Positions 20,272 to 30,181 of a stretch of DNA of 49,683 bases are shown here, piece after piece (within the stretch, counting starts at the first letter, position 1; every line of letters starts with the position of its first letter). Origin of the DNA: Candidatus Latescibacterota bacterium (lineage in GTDB: Bacteria > Latescibacterota > MWCZ01); NCBI GenBank assembly GCA_029547385.1, contig JAKPPK010000074.1, positions 1 to 49,683 on the forward strand, read 5' to 3'. The notes beneath the pieces were generated by a model that was not told where the DNA came from, did not search any database, and saw only the letters and a program-made list of their open reading frames with translations. The translations under genes were made by a program, and so were the position numbers.

Positions 20272-20294
20272 GGGTGCTTCCCCTTTTCCGAATC

Positions 20295-20960
20295 TCAGTT
20301 CGCAAGTCCGGCCTCCTTGACGGGGTCGGTTGCAGATGCCTGGTTTTTGTGAATCTCGAATCGGCAGTAGTGCTGGCCGTCCGCCATGTGGTGCGTTTGA
20401 TGAATCGAAACGCCGAGCAACCGTTCCATCAAGGCAATTTCCTGAGCGCACATTTCGGGATGGTTTTTCGCGATGCGGTATATGGGGCAGTTGTGTTCAC
20501 GGATCGCAGATTTTGTTTCTCCTTCCTCCACAACTGCCATGTAGCCATCTCCATCGCGCAGCTCTCGCAGTTGCGCCAGCTTTTCAGCAAGCGAGCGCCC
20601 TTTCATAAGTTTCCGATAGCGCTCCTCTTTTTTGCTGACCTGCTTTGCGACGAGATCCTGAATCATTTCCTCCCCGCCGATTTCTCGCACGGTTTCCAAC
20701 AGCTCTATCGCCAGCGAATCGTACGCCTCAGGGAAAAGATCATGACCCTTTTCGGTCAACGTGTACACGTAACAAGGGCGCCCCTGGGGCTGCCGTTCAG
20801 TCCTTGTGTCGATCAGGCCTTCCGCTTGCAGCACATTGAGAATCTGCCTGACGGCAGTACTGGAAATACCCAGAAGTCCGGCCAGGTCTTTCGTACTCAG
20901 GCTTCCCGCCCTCTTTAGTTCCAGTATGACGTGCTCTCGGGTATTCCTCGGTGCATCCAT
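20295..20960 (-). CDS. SufR-like helix-turn-helix transcriptional regulator (predicted Fe-S binding)
   Basis: HTH LAGLLGISSTAVRQILNVL, GRP..VYTLTEKG..LFP..Y, GYMA, EHNCPI-X-C (CX12C) plus distal Cys. Confidence 0.8.
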   Translation of the reverse strand: MDAPRNTREHVILELKRAGSLSTKDLAGLLGISSTAVRQILNVLQAEGLIDTRTERQPQGRPCYVYTLTEKGHDLFPEAYDSLAIELLETVREIGGEEMIQDLVAKQVSKKEERYRKLMKGRSLAEKLAQLRELRDGDGYMAVVEEGETKSAIREHNCPIYRIAKNHPEMCAQEIALMERLLGVSIHQTHHMADGQHYCRFEIHKNQASATDPVKEAGLAN

Positions 20961-21235
20961 GCGGTTTCCTTGCGGCTTTGGAATGGGAAAGCTCTGAGAC
21001 AATATTCTACTTGCGAAAATGTGCTGAGTCCAGTTCCGCCAAAGGGATTCACCCGGAGGAAACCGGCGCACGGCACTCATAACACCTATACCGTTCTTGG
21101 CCGCCGAAAATTCCGTTGTCCGCGTTTACGCCGATTTAACACACGCGCAAAAACGGCGAAACACATAACACGTATCCTTTTATAACGAGATCGCAGGGGC
21201 GGGTTCGCCTCATGGTTCTGCCGGTGGTGGCCAAA

Positions 21236-21250
21236 TGGCGCGAAAGCTGC
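21236..21250 (+). promoter_or_regulatory. Putative sigma54 (-24/-12) promoter of glnA
   Basis: TGGCGCGAAAGCTGC gives GG-N10-GC, ending 42 nt before the glnA ATG. Confidence 0.55.
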
Positions 21251-21292
21251 CGGGGCTGAGATGACACAGTTCATAAAAAGGAGACAAAACCG

Positions 21293-22711
21293 ATGGGAAT
21301 GACGCCCGGTGACGTGATCAAAATGGCGCATGACAACGGTGCGGAAGTAGTTGATCTGAAGTTCATCGATTTCCCCGGAATGTGGCAGCACTTCAGTATA
21401 CCCGTCAAGTTCCTTGAGCCTGACCTTTTCGAGGACGGGTTGGGCTTTGATGGCTCGTCAATCCGCGGATGGCAGGCGATCAACGAGAGCGATATGCTCG
21501 TGGTGCCTGATCCGAATACCGCGGTCATGGACCCCTTCACTGCCGTTCCCACCATAAGCATGATCTGCGACATTCACGACCCGATCACAAAGGAACGTTA
21601 CTCGCGCAATCCGCGGAATGTTGCGAAAAAGGCGGAAGCGTACCTGAAGTCAACAGGGCTGGCCGACACCGCCTACATCGGCCCGGAGGCGGAGTTTTTC
21701 ATCTTCGATGACATTCGGTACGGCCAGACCATCAATTCCGGTTTCTATCACATAGACTCCGTCGAGGGTAACTGGAACACCGGGCGTGACGAGAAACCCA
21801 ACTTGGGGTACAAACCGCGCCTTAAGGAAGGGTACTTCCCCGTGCCTCCTGTTGATCACCAGATGGATATCCGCACGGAAATGATGTTGACAATGCTGAA
21901 ATGCGGCATCGAGGTGGAAGCGCAGCACCACGAAGTTGCAACAGCGGGACAGGCGGAAATCGACATGAAATTCTGCCCGCTGGTGGAGATTGCAGACAAG
22001 CTGATGATGTTCAAATACATCGTGAAGAACGTTGCGGCGAAGAATGGGAAGACCGCCACGTTCATGCCAAAACCCTTGTTTGGGGATAACGGGTCAGGCA
22101 TGCATGTGCATGTCAGCCTCTGGAAAGAGGGGAAGCCGCTCTTCGGTGGGAATCAGTACGCGGGCCTGAGTGAAATGGCGCTCTACTTCATCGGGGGCCT
22201 TATCAAGCACGCGCCTTCGCTTCTGGCAATCACCAGCCCGACGACGAACTCGTACAAGCGGCTCGTTCCGGGCTACGAAGCGCCGGTGAATCTTGCGTAC
22301 TCTTCGCGGAATCGCTCCGCTGCGTGCCGTATACCGATGTATTCGGCGTCACCGAAGTCAAAGCGCGTGGAATTCAGGTGTCCCGATCCGTCCTGCAACC
22401 CCTATCTCGCGTTTGCCGGGATACTCATGGCGGGGCTCGATGGCATTCTGAACAAAATCCACCCGGGAGAACCGCTCGACAAAGACCTGTACGATCTCCC
22501 GAAAGAAGAACTGGCCAAGGTCCCGAAAACGCCCGCGGACCTCGCGGCGGCGCTTGATGCGCTCGAAGCCGATCACGACTACCTGCTCAAAGGGGACGTG
22601 TTCACTTCCGATGTCATCGAAACCTGGATCTCATACAAGCGGAAAAATGAGGTCGACGCGCTGCGCCTTCGGCCCCATCCCCATGAGTTTGCGTTGTACT
22701 TCGACATCTGA
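21293..22711 (+). CDS. glnA: Glutamine synthetase type I
   Basis: [59 protein letters not shown] adenylylation-site Tyr. Confidence 0.98.
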   Translation: MGMTPGDVIKMAHDNGAEVVDLKFIDFPGMWQHFSIPVKFLEPDLFEDGLGFDGSSIRGWQAINESDMLVVPDPNTAVMDPFTAVPTISMICDIHDPITKERYSRNPRNVAKKAEAYLKSTGLADTAYIGPEAEFFIFDDIRYGQTINSGFYHIDSVEGNWNTGRDEKPNLGYKPRLKEGYFPVPPVDHQMDIRTEMMLTMLKCGIEVEAQHHEVATAGQAEIDMKFCPLVEIADKLMMFKYIVKNVAAKNGKTATFMPKPLFGDNGSGMHVHVSLWKEGKPLFGGNQYAGLSEMALYFIGGLIKHAPSLLAITSPTTNSYKRLVPGYEAPVNLAYSSRNRSAACRIPMYSASPKSKRVEFRCPDPSCNPYLAFAGILMAGLDGILNKIHPGEPLDKDLYDLPKEELAKVPKTPADLAAALDALEADHDYLLKGDVFTSDVIETWISYKRKNEVDALRLRPHPHEFALYFDI

Positions 22712-22753
22712 TACAGACGGGTGTTTGCGGCGGCGGGCCGTTCCTGGCCTTGA

Positions 22754-23107
<354 letters not shown>

Positions 23108-23128
23108 GAGTCACCAATGAAGAACATG

Positions 23129-23167
23129 AGCCGGGGAGGGACTCTGCGCCCTCTCCGGCTTCTTGTT
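23129..23167 (+). terminator. Probable intrinsic terminator after glnB
   Basis: agccggggaggg/ccctctccggct hairpin followed by tcttgtt. Confidence 0.6.
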
Positions 23168-23290
23168 GAGAGCCTTCCCGCGGTAACCGACCACCGGACC
23201 TGCTGAGGGAACCCGAACTCCGCGCGGCGGTCGTACCCTTGCCTGCCTGCGGTTGCCTCGTATCTTTTATTCATACGTCAAGGATTTTTC

Positions 23291-23364
23291 GCCCCCATAG
23301 CTCAGTTGGTTAGAGCCCCCGGCTCATAACCGGTCTGTCCCAGGTTCAAGTCCTGGTGGGGGCA
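23291..23364 (+). tRNA. tRNA with CAT anticodon, probably tRNA-Ile2 (lysidine); CCA not encoded
   Basis: GCCCCCATAGCTCAGTTGGTTAGAGC-CCCCGGCT-CAT-AACCGG-TCTGTCCCAGGTTCAAGTCCTGGTGGGGGCA; paired 1:72 and no triple G-C in the anticodon stem (so not initiator); C4-G69/C5-G68 and CGGCTCATAACCG typical of Ile2. Confidence 0.9.
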
Positions 23365-23384
23365 TTAGTAAACATTTGTTTTTT

Positions 23385-23461
23385 GGGCGGTTAGCTCAGC
23401 TGGTTAGAGCGCTGGTCTCACATACCAGAGGTCACAGGTTCAATTCCTGTACTGCCCACCA
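23385..23461 (+). tRNA. tRNA-Val(CAC)
   Basis: GGGCGGTTAGCTCAGCTGGTTAGAGCGCTGGTCT-CAC-ATACCAGAGGTCACAGGTTCAATTCCTGTACTGCCCACCA. Confidence 0.96.
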
Positions 23462-23478
23462 ACTCTTTGTGGATGATA

Positions 23479-23577
23479 CTCGGTGAGGCGGACTCCCGGA
23501 AGCAGTTGTCGCCCGTTGCGGCTTGGAAAAAGCGAGCCGAAACGGGCGACACCGGCGATGTATGATCCGGAACCGAG
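23479..23577 (+). ncRNA. Candidate structured RNA or palindromic element in the tRNA operon trailer
   Basis: Nested complementary segments CTCGGT/ACCGAG, CCGGA/TCCGG, TGTCGCCCGTT/AACGGGCGACA, CGGCTT/GAGCCG; no family recognised. Confidence 0.3.
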
Positions 23578-23585
23578 GGGACGCG

Positions 23586-23630
23586 GAAAACGGGGTGGTA
23601 TTCTCGATACCACCCCGTTTTCTGTTTGAT
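23586..23630 (+). terminator. Intrinsic terminator closing the tRNA operon
   Basis: Perfect 16-bp inverted repeat gaaaacggggtggtat/ataccaccccgttttc followed by tgtttgat. Confidence 0.8.
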
Positions 23631-23679
23631 TCGCCGCCTCGCGCAAGGTGCTCTTGGCAATGGAGGATAGAAAGCGAAG

Positions 23680-24396
23680 ATGAAACAAGGATTGTTCGAC
23701 CTCTTGGGATTACAGGACGTAGACAACGAGATCGATGCACTTCAGAAGAACAAGAGCGCGTATCCTCGACGTGCTGCCGAATTGCGCGCCGAGATGGAGG
23801 ATTTGAAACAGGATCGGTCCGCCAAGGAAAATCAGCTCAAGCAGCACGAATCGGGGTTCAACCATTTCCTTCAGCAGTTGAACATCGCGGAAGAAAATCT
23901 CAAGAAGCACCAGACGCGCCTGCAGGAAATAAAAACCAATCGCGAATACGACGCGGTTCAGCAGGAAATCATCGCGCTTGAGCACGCGATTGAGGAGTAC
24001 TTCGCGGAGCGCGATAGAGAAGATGAGGAAGTCCGCAGGTTGAGAAACCTCCTGGACGAAGAGCGCGAGCGCTTCGAAGCGAGGATTGCGGAACTGGAGA
24101 GCGAAATTGCCGACCTTGATGAGAAAGCGGCTACCATTGATAGCGAAATTGCCAAGGTCATGGAAAAGCGGAAGGCAGTCGCCGAAACAGTACCTCCCCG
24201 GATACTGGCGGTCTACGAAAGAGTTCGGCGTGGCAAAACCAACGCGGTGGTAAGGGTTTCGCGGGGTGCCTGCGGCGGGTGTTGGCGGAGCCTCTCTCCT
24301 CAAAAACTGAACGAATTGCGCATGTACAACCGAATTATTGCCTGTGACGGCTGTGGCCGTATCGTCGTGTGGGATGACAGGGAGTCCGCCGGATAG
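23680..24396 (+). CDS. Coiled-coil protein with C4-type zinc ribbon (DUF164-like)
   Basis: LQDVDNEI, KTNREYDA, YERVRR, CGGC...CDGCGRI. Confidence 0.9.
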   Translation: MKQGLFDLLGLQDVDNEIDALQKNKSAYPRRAAELRAEMEDLKQDRSAKENQLKQHESGFNHFLQQLNIAEENLKKHQTRLQEIKTNREYDAVQQEIIALEHAIEEYFAERDREDEEVRRLRNLLDEERERFEARIAELESEIADLDEKAATIDSEIAKVMEKRKAVAETVPPRILAVYERVRRGKTNAVVRVSRGACGGCWRSLSPQKLNELRMYNRIIACDGCGRIVVWDDRESAG

Positions 24397-24493
24397 TTCT
24401 GGATGACTCCGCGCGAAAAACGATGAGATCTCAGAGCGCCAACGTGAGCAGCGGTGCTGTTTACGCCGGTGCTTTCTATCGGTGGGCGTGGCC

Positions 24494-25564
24494 ATGAACG
24501 GCGTTCAGATGGACAATGCCAGCGAGATTGTGCGCGGTGATTCGACGCAACCGGCGTGCAACGAAGTCCTGGTTCCTCCCTCTGCAGACGGTATTCGGCT
24601 CGATCGCGCCATCGCGGCTCTCCTCCCCGGGATCAGTCGTTCGCAAGCGTCGGTGGCGATCCGCGATGGACGGGTGCAGCTCTTTTCTCCGAAAGGGAAG
24701 GTCGTCTCGCATCTCAAAGCCGGCACTCCTGTTGCGGCAGGCCAGACCGTGCGCATTGTGGTTGCCCGGAAAGATCCGTTGTCCGTAGAGCCTGAGGGTA
24801 TTGACCTGGACATCAGGTACGAAGACGACGACCTTCTGGTTGTGAACAAACCTGCGGGATTGGTAGTCCACCCGGCCCCCGGCCATTCCGGCGGAACCCT
24901 CGTGAATGCGCTGGCGGGTTACAGCGCCGAACTTTCCCGGGTGGGCGGAACTTTCAGGCCGGGGATTGTACACAGGCTGGACAAAAACACCTCCGGCCTT
25001 CTTCTTGTGGCGAAGAACGATCGCGCCCACGCGGCTCTCGCAACCCAGCTCAAAAATCGCACGATTTCACGCGAGTACATCGCCCTTGTGTGGGGACATC
25101 CGTCGCCAGGTTCCGGGCGCATAGAGGCTGCCATCGGACGCGACCGGGCGGGTGGCAAAACCATGTCGATCTGCGGCAGAGCGAGCCGCGCGGCCGCAAC
25201 GAGATACGAGACCATCTCTGTTTTTTCCTATACAAGTCTGCTGCTGCTCCACCTGGAAACGGGAAGAACTCATCAGATCCGCGTTCATCTGAAGGCGATC
25301 GGACACCCTGTGGTAGGGGACCCAGAATACGGCGGAAGGGAAGCTGCAATTCGAGGGATCGCCCCCGCTCACAGATCTTCTGCGCGGTTCCTTCTCACTG
25401 TGATCGGGAGGCAGGCGCTTCACGCGAGGAAACTGTCTTTTCTGCATCCTGCCACAGGTAAGGCGCTCGTGGTGGAATCCGATCCTCCGGAGGATTTCCG
25501 GCGCGCGTTGAGTATTGTTGCAGGCGCTGTTCCACAAGCCGCGGATTTATCTTATTTTCGATAG
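24494..25564 (+). CDS. rluD: RluA-family pseudouridine synthase (RluD-like)
   Basis: S4-like RLDRAIA..SRSQ, VVNKPAGLVVHPAPGH, RPGIVHRLDKNTSG, LETGRTHQIRVH, RQALHA; start uncertain (24482-24509). Confidence 0.92.
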   Translation: MNGVQMDNASEIVRGDSTQPACNEVLVPPSADGIRLDRAIAALLPGISRSQASVAIRDGRVQLFSPKGKVVSHLKAGTPVAAGQTVRIVVARKDPLSVEPEGIDLDIRYEDDDLLVVNKPAGLVVHPAPGHSGGTLVNALAGYSAELSRVGGTFRPGIVHRLDKNTSGLLLVAKNDRAHAALATQLKNRTISREYIALVWGHPSPGSGRIEAAIGRDRAGGKTMSICGRASRAAATRYETISVFSYTSLLLLHLETGRTHQIRVHLKAIGHPVVGDPEYGGREAAIRGIAPAHRSSARFLLTVIGRQALHARKLSFLHPATGKALVVESDPPEDFRRALSIVAGAVPQAADLSYFR

Positions 25565-25613
25565 GGAGTACCGAATCGAGGAGCGAATACTGACACCCCG
25601 CACAACCCGTCAG

Positions 25614-25642
25614 TTGACAAGAGATTGTCGTTCAAGTAATTT
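25614..25642 (+). promoter_or_regulatory. Putative sigma70-type promoter of the TPR gene cluster
   Basis: TTGACA-N17-TAATTT. Confidence 0.6.
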
Positions 25643-25725
25643 GTGTGCATGCCTACGCGCAAAATCTTGGTAGGTTTGCTGCTTCGCCACGATAGCGCGG
25701 TTCCTACCGCGGAAAGACGACGGGA

Positions 25726-27984
25726 ATGCTGACACTGAGGAATTTGTGGTGCCGCAGGGGCTTCTCGGCGATCTGTGCGATTGGCCTTTGTGCCTCCTCA
25801 TTTTCTGCAGTGTTCGCGCAGGATGACCGCGAAGGCGAACCGGCAACGCCCTACCGAGATGCCTACATCGCGTACGTCGACCGGCAACTCTCCGAAATTC
25901 AGTCCCAGATCGCCTTCCAACGGAGCATTCTCAACGAGCGGGGCGGCGAACTCCTCGATGAAATTGGAATTCGCCTTCAGGAGAAACTCGCGCTCCTTCC
26001 TCCGGAAATGCGCCAACCGGGGATTCCGGAACCTCCAGAAATCGTTGCTTTGAGGGAATATGAACAAACTCTCAGCAACGAGGTGGTCCAGATTGAGGAC
26101 AGGATCCTGTCCTCGGCCGACATGATCTCAGAGCAACGCGATTCTGTTGCCGGTGAACTGAAATCGGCAGATGCCGTGCGCGCCACGGTGACAGAACTGG
26201 ATCGGTCCATAACGACAGATCTCGAACTCTGGAAAACGAAGGTCGATCTTGTGAGATCGCGCCTGATCGGTTCAGGCAGCGCCGGTGAAGGCCGGCGCAT
26301 GTTCGTCACCGAATACAACGCGCTGGTATCCCATTACGATGCCGGTGATTATCGCTCCGCCCGCGCTCGATTGACCGCCCTGGCCACGGCATATGGCGAC
26401 ATTCCGCTTCCTGAGTGGCGCGAGAGGCTGCTGTTCTACCGTGCGGAAATCGATTACGCGATGGGCGACTGGGATAACGCCTTCAGGGGCTACATGGAGG
26501 TGTGGCAACGGCCGCGGAATGAGTTCGCTTCGGTTGCCCTCCTGAACTGGACGGAGCTGGCGTTTGCAGCGGGTGAACACCGCAAGATCGCAACCATGTG
26601 GACCGCACAACCTCGGCTGCCCGAAGACGTGGTGGATGCCAACCGCATTCGCGTGTTGGTTGCGGAAAGCTTCCTGCGCCTCAACGAGCCGCAGGTTGCC
26701 CTTTCGGTGTTGAATCTTGTGCAGACGGCATTGCCACCCGCGGCAGAGGATGCCGTGGACGACGAGGAAACAAAACTCGCGAACGATCGCCTGGTAGTCT
26801 ATTCACGGCTTTTGAGAGCCGAAGCGCACTTGGGCGGCGATAGCGGCGTGGCGACACTGCAAGGTGCTGCCAGCGAGGAAACGCTTCCCGAAGTCACGGA
26901 TTCGGCTCTGGATTCGATGCTGGCGGCGACGGGAGGCACTCCCCAGAGGGGAGACCCGAACTACTATTCACGCATGGCGTACCTGATCGCCAGCGGGCAG
27001 GTACAGGCGGAGCGCCCCGGGCGTGAAGCCGGGACTCGCGTCGCGGCCGCCGTGAAAGAACTTGAGGATGTCGTTCCCCTCGTCGGTCCAATCGATCCTG
27101 AGGGAACGTTGATGGCTCGTGTTTCCATGTCCCTTGGCCACGCGTATTTTCAGGCCAACCGCATGGAGGACGCTGCCAGGGCATACGGGGCGGTTCCGAA
27201 TACGTCTGTGTGGTACCCGGAAGCGCAGCTGGGGCGCGCGTGGGCGTTTATCGAGACAGGAAACTATCTTGACGCGAAAATCGCAGTGAACACAGCCCAG
27301 CGTTGGCCACTGAGCCCCCCTGCGGCTCTGGAGGCCGCCGCTCTGAACAGCTATGTGTTATCGCTGATCGGAGAAACTGAGCTTGCGGCTGAGCAGATGC
27401 GCGAGATGAAGTCCATGGTGGACATCCAGCAGCGTCGCGCCGCGCGCGTGTGGGTGAATCAGCAACTCCAAAAGATTGATGGTTCTCTGCACCTTGTCGG
27501 CATCATCGCGCTGGAACGCCAGAATGAAGCACTCTACCGTTCCGCGATAGAGGAACAGGCGAGTCTCCTGGCACTGCGCGAACAGGTTCAACGGGTGGAG
27601 CAATACCTCCAGTCTTATACGCCGAACGCGACCGGTCTTCAAGACAGCCTCACCGTCGCGATCCGCGCAGAACAAGAGGCATTGCGAGGGCTTGAGCAGA
27701 AGGTTGCGAACCTGAGACGTGCGGCGGGTCAGACTCCCGCGGCCGCTGCGAATTTGCCTGAGATTACGTACGAACAGCGTAGAGAGCAGCTCCAGCGTTG
27801 GCTGCAGGGTGTCCAACCCCAGATGACTCCTCAGGGATCCCAGGTGTACGGCAAGTGGGTGCAATATGCGGAATTCGCGTATTCTCGGCGGGTTTTTGAT
27901 GAGAACCAACGGCGCCGTTACGAAGCGGACAGGCTGAAGGACGTTCGTACCCGCATCCAAAAACTGCTTTCGGAGTCGCCATGA
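25726..27984 (+). CDS. Exported TPR/coiled-coil protein (GltC-like)
   Basis: Signal peptide (AVFA-Q); TPR helices, e.g. SLGHAYFQANRMEDAARAYGAVPNTSVWYPEAQLGRAWA. Confidence 0.75.
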   Translation: MLTLRNLWCRRGFSAICAIGLCASSFSAVFAQDDREGEPATPYRDAYIAYVDRQLSEIQSQIAFQRSILNERGGELLDEIGIRLQEKLALLPPEMRQPGIPEPPEIVALREYEQTLSNEVVQIEDRILSSADMISEQRDSVAGELKSADAVRATVTELDRSITTDLELWKTKVDLVRSRLIGSGSAGEGRRMFVTEYNALVSHYDAGDYRSARARLTALATAYGDIPLPEWRERLLFYRAEIDYAMGDWDNAFRGYMEVWQRPRNEFASVALLNWTELAFAAGEHRKIATMWTAQPRLPEDVVDANRIRVLVAESFLRLNEPQVALSVLNLVQTALPPAAEDAVDDEETKLANDRLVVYSRLLRAEAHLGGDSGVATLQGAASEETLPEVTDSALDSMLAATGGTPQRGDPNYYSRMAYLIASGQVQAERPGREAGTRVAAAVKELEDVVPLVGPIDPEGTLMARVSMSLGHAYFQANRMEDAARAYGAVPNTSVWYPEAQLGRAWAFIETGNYLDAKIAVNTAQRWPLSPPAALEAAALNSYVLSLIGETELAAEQMREMKSMVDIQQRRAARVWVNQQLQKIDGSLHLVGIIALERQNEALYRSAIEEQASLLALREQVQRVEQYLQSYTPNATGLQDSLTVAIRAEQEALRGLEQKVANLRRAAGQTPAAAANLPEITYEQRREQLQRWLQGVQPQMTPQGSQVYGKWVQYAEFAYSRRVFDENQRRRYEADRLKDVRTRIQKLLSESP

Positions 27985-30179
27985 CCCACCGCTTTCGATG
28001 TGCCTTTCAGGCGCCCCTCGTGCGACTGTCGCGTTCGATTGCGGTCTGGCGGGGAATCTGTGGTGTTCGCGCACAGATTTCCAGCACAGTGTGCGTGATC
28101 GCGCTTGCAGGCCTCTGCGCGTCGAGCGTGAAGGCGGAGAGCGCTTCTCCGACGGATACGAGTTCTCTGCCAGCGCTCTTGCAGTCCAGCCTCGACGGAG
28201 CGATGACGGTGGAATCTGTCCTGCTGGGTGACCGCCGGGCTCTTCCGCCAATTCCGCGCCGGCAATTCAGTGTGGGTACCATTCCCCTGCCCCCGGTTTC
28301 GCCCGGCGATACGATCATCGTTCCGCAGGTAACGGGTGAGATTACGGATCCTGAACTGAAGGAGCGGGCGGACTCCCTGAACAGGAGTCTGCGGCTGCTT
28401 GCGATCGAAGAACGCCTGCTTGGGTCGGAATTGTGGGGTGGCGCGCCGCGAACGGGCGTGATTCCTCGCAAAGACTTCCTTGAGGCGAGGATCAATCTCC
28501 TGCGTGACATGGAGAACGTTCTCCAGATACGGCTCCGGGAAAAACTGGCGCAGCTTGATACCACCATTGCCCGGGTCGAATCCGAAATTGAGGCGAACAG
28601 GACAGCGGAAATTGCGTCGCTTGAGGATTACCTCGACAAGTACCCGAGCTCCGCGTCCGTTGCAGACGCCAAGTTCATACTCGGCCAGCTCTATTACGAC
28701 AAGGAACGAAAGCGCTACACGGATGCGATGCTGCGGTACACGACCGAATTCCAGAGGTACCGCATGGGGCTTCTGCCCGTCGCACCAGCGCCTCCAGTTC
28801 TGAACGAAGCAGTATCCGTCCCCTTTTACAAATCGGTGGTGGAACTCGGTACGAACCCCGATTTGGTGCCGTACTCACTCTACTCATTAGGCAAGTTTCA
28901 TCTTGAACAGGCACGTGATCTGAAGGCGCGATCCGATGAAAGCCGGTTGACGGGACGCCGTGAAGAAGCCCAGCATTTCACACACCTGAGCGAAATGGAA
29001 ACGGATTCCGCCAAAACCTATTTCGCGCGCCTCGTGGTGGAGTTTCCCGACGATTCGGTGAATGTTCCGGAAGCGTTCTACGTCCTGGCCTCGCACTACA
29101 ATATGCTCGGCGGACCGGTGAACCGCGATACCGCCGCGGTGTACTGCAACGCGTTGATCAAGAATTTCTGGTACTCACCGCGGTATCAGAACGCGCTCGT
29201 AATGCTGGGGCAGATCAACTACTACAACGGTGTCGGAACCAGGGAACGCGCCGCGCGGAATCGTTACTTTTCGAACGCACTTGCCTACATGGCCTGGTTG
29301 GCACGCGATGTTGACGCGTTCACAGAGTCCCAGATACCCGGTGTGTCTCCGGATCCACCGCGGATGATGGATATTACGAGACGCGATTATGCCGTGCAGT
29401 TCATGACGCAGATTATCACGCGCCAAAGTCCGCTTCCCGGAACGGAACCTCCTCCTCCTGTTGAAACGGCGGTGAAACTGGTTACTGCGGCAGGCAATCC
29501 TCCGTTCGGAGCGGACCTGTTGAGACAGGTCGGAGACAAGAAGAACAGCGACTACAACACCAGTGGCAATCCCGTGGACCTCGTTGCTGCGCTCACCGCG
29601 TACGACAGCCTGTTGTCCCGCTATCCTACCTACAAAGAAGGTCCACAGATTCAGCAGGTGGTAATCGACGGTGCGACGTACCTCTCGGACGATCCCGCGG
29701 AACGGTACCGCATCTACGTTCGGCAGAAACTGCTGTTCTTCGAACGATTCAATCGAAACAGCGAATGGGCGCGACAAAATCAGGACTCGCCTGCGGTGGT
29801 CAAAGCGGCGGACGATTCCGCCGCCGCGTATCTTGAAACAGGCGCGCGATGGTTATACAGCACCGCACGCGCCGCGAATGACCGCGAGGGCGTGCGGAGG
29901 AGTCTGGATTACTTCGTGAAATTCTTCCAGACGTATCCGGAACGTCCACAGGCGTACGAACTGAACTGGAGCCTTGCGACAGAATTGCGTGATCTCGGCG
30001 ACTATGAGCGCGCGTACGAGGAATTCATGCGGGTTTCGAATGCCGATCGGAGCCAGTACCGCGAGGATGCTGCGTTGGAAGCCGTGGCTGCGGCACAAGC
30101 GTTGGTCGAGATGGAACAGTCCGGTTCCCGGTCACCCGGACGGGCTCAGGAAACTCAACCGCCCGGTGGAGGACGCTAG
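27981..30179 (+). CDS. Exported TPR protein (resembles the N-terminal half of GltD/AgmU-type proteins)
   Basis: ATGA overlap; hydrophobic leader; LEDYLDKYPSSASVADAKFILGQLYY and repeated F/Y..+..YP TPR turns. Confidence 0.75.
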   Translation: MTHRFRCAFQAPLVRLSRSIAVWRGICGVRAQISSTVCVIALAGLCASSVKAESASPTDTSSLPALLQSSLDGAMTVESVLLGDRRALPPIPRRQFSVGTIPLPPVSPGDTIIVPQVTGEITDPELKERADSLNRSLRLLAIEERLLGSELWGGAPRTGVIPRKDFLEARINLLRDMENVLQIRLREKLAQLDTTIARVESEIEANRTAEIASLEDYLDKYPSSASVADAKFILGQLYYDKERKRYTDAMLRYTTEFQRYRMGLLPVAPAPPVLNEAVSVPFYKSVVELGTNPDLVPYSLYSLGKFHLEQARDLKARSDESRLTGRREEAQHFTHLSEMETDSAKTYFARLVVEFPDDSVNVPEAFYVLASHYNMLGGPVNRDTAAVYCNALIKNFWYSPRYQNALVMLGQINYYNGVGTRERAARNRYFSNALAYMAWLARDVDAFTESQIPGVSPDPPRMMDITRRDYAVQFMTQIITRQSPLPGTEPPPPVETAVKLVTAAGNPPFGADLLRQVGDKKNSDYNTSGNPVDLVAALTAYDSLLSRYPTYKEGPQIQQVVIDGATYLSDDPAERYRIYVRQKLLFFERFNRNSEWARQNQDSPAVVKAADDSAAAYLETGARWLYSTARAANDREGVRRSLDYFVKFFQTYPERPQAYELNWSLATELRDLGDYERAYEEFMRVSNADRSQYREDAALEAVAAAQALVEMEQSGSRSPGRAQETQPPGGGR

Positions 30180-30181
30180 GC

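Noticed and set aside
23471-23506. Resemblance of CTCGGTGAGGCGG to tRNA-Sec and of GG...GGAAGCAG to SRP RNA helix 8
   Set aside because: No TCA anticodon arm, T-loop or CCA; the SRP CAGG and GNRA tetraloop are absent
23590-23606. GGGTGGTA looks like a T-box antiterminator
   Set aside because: Lacks the following ACCGCG, has no stem I, and is fully explained as one arm of a perfect terminator
24397-24481. RNase P RNA, often found after the zinc-ribbon gene
   Set aside because: The gap is only ~85 nt and lacks the GAGGAAAGTCC motif
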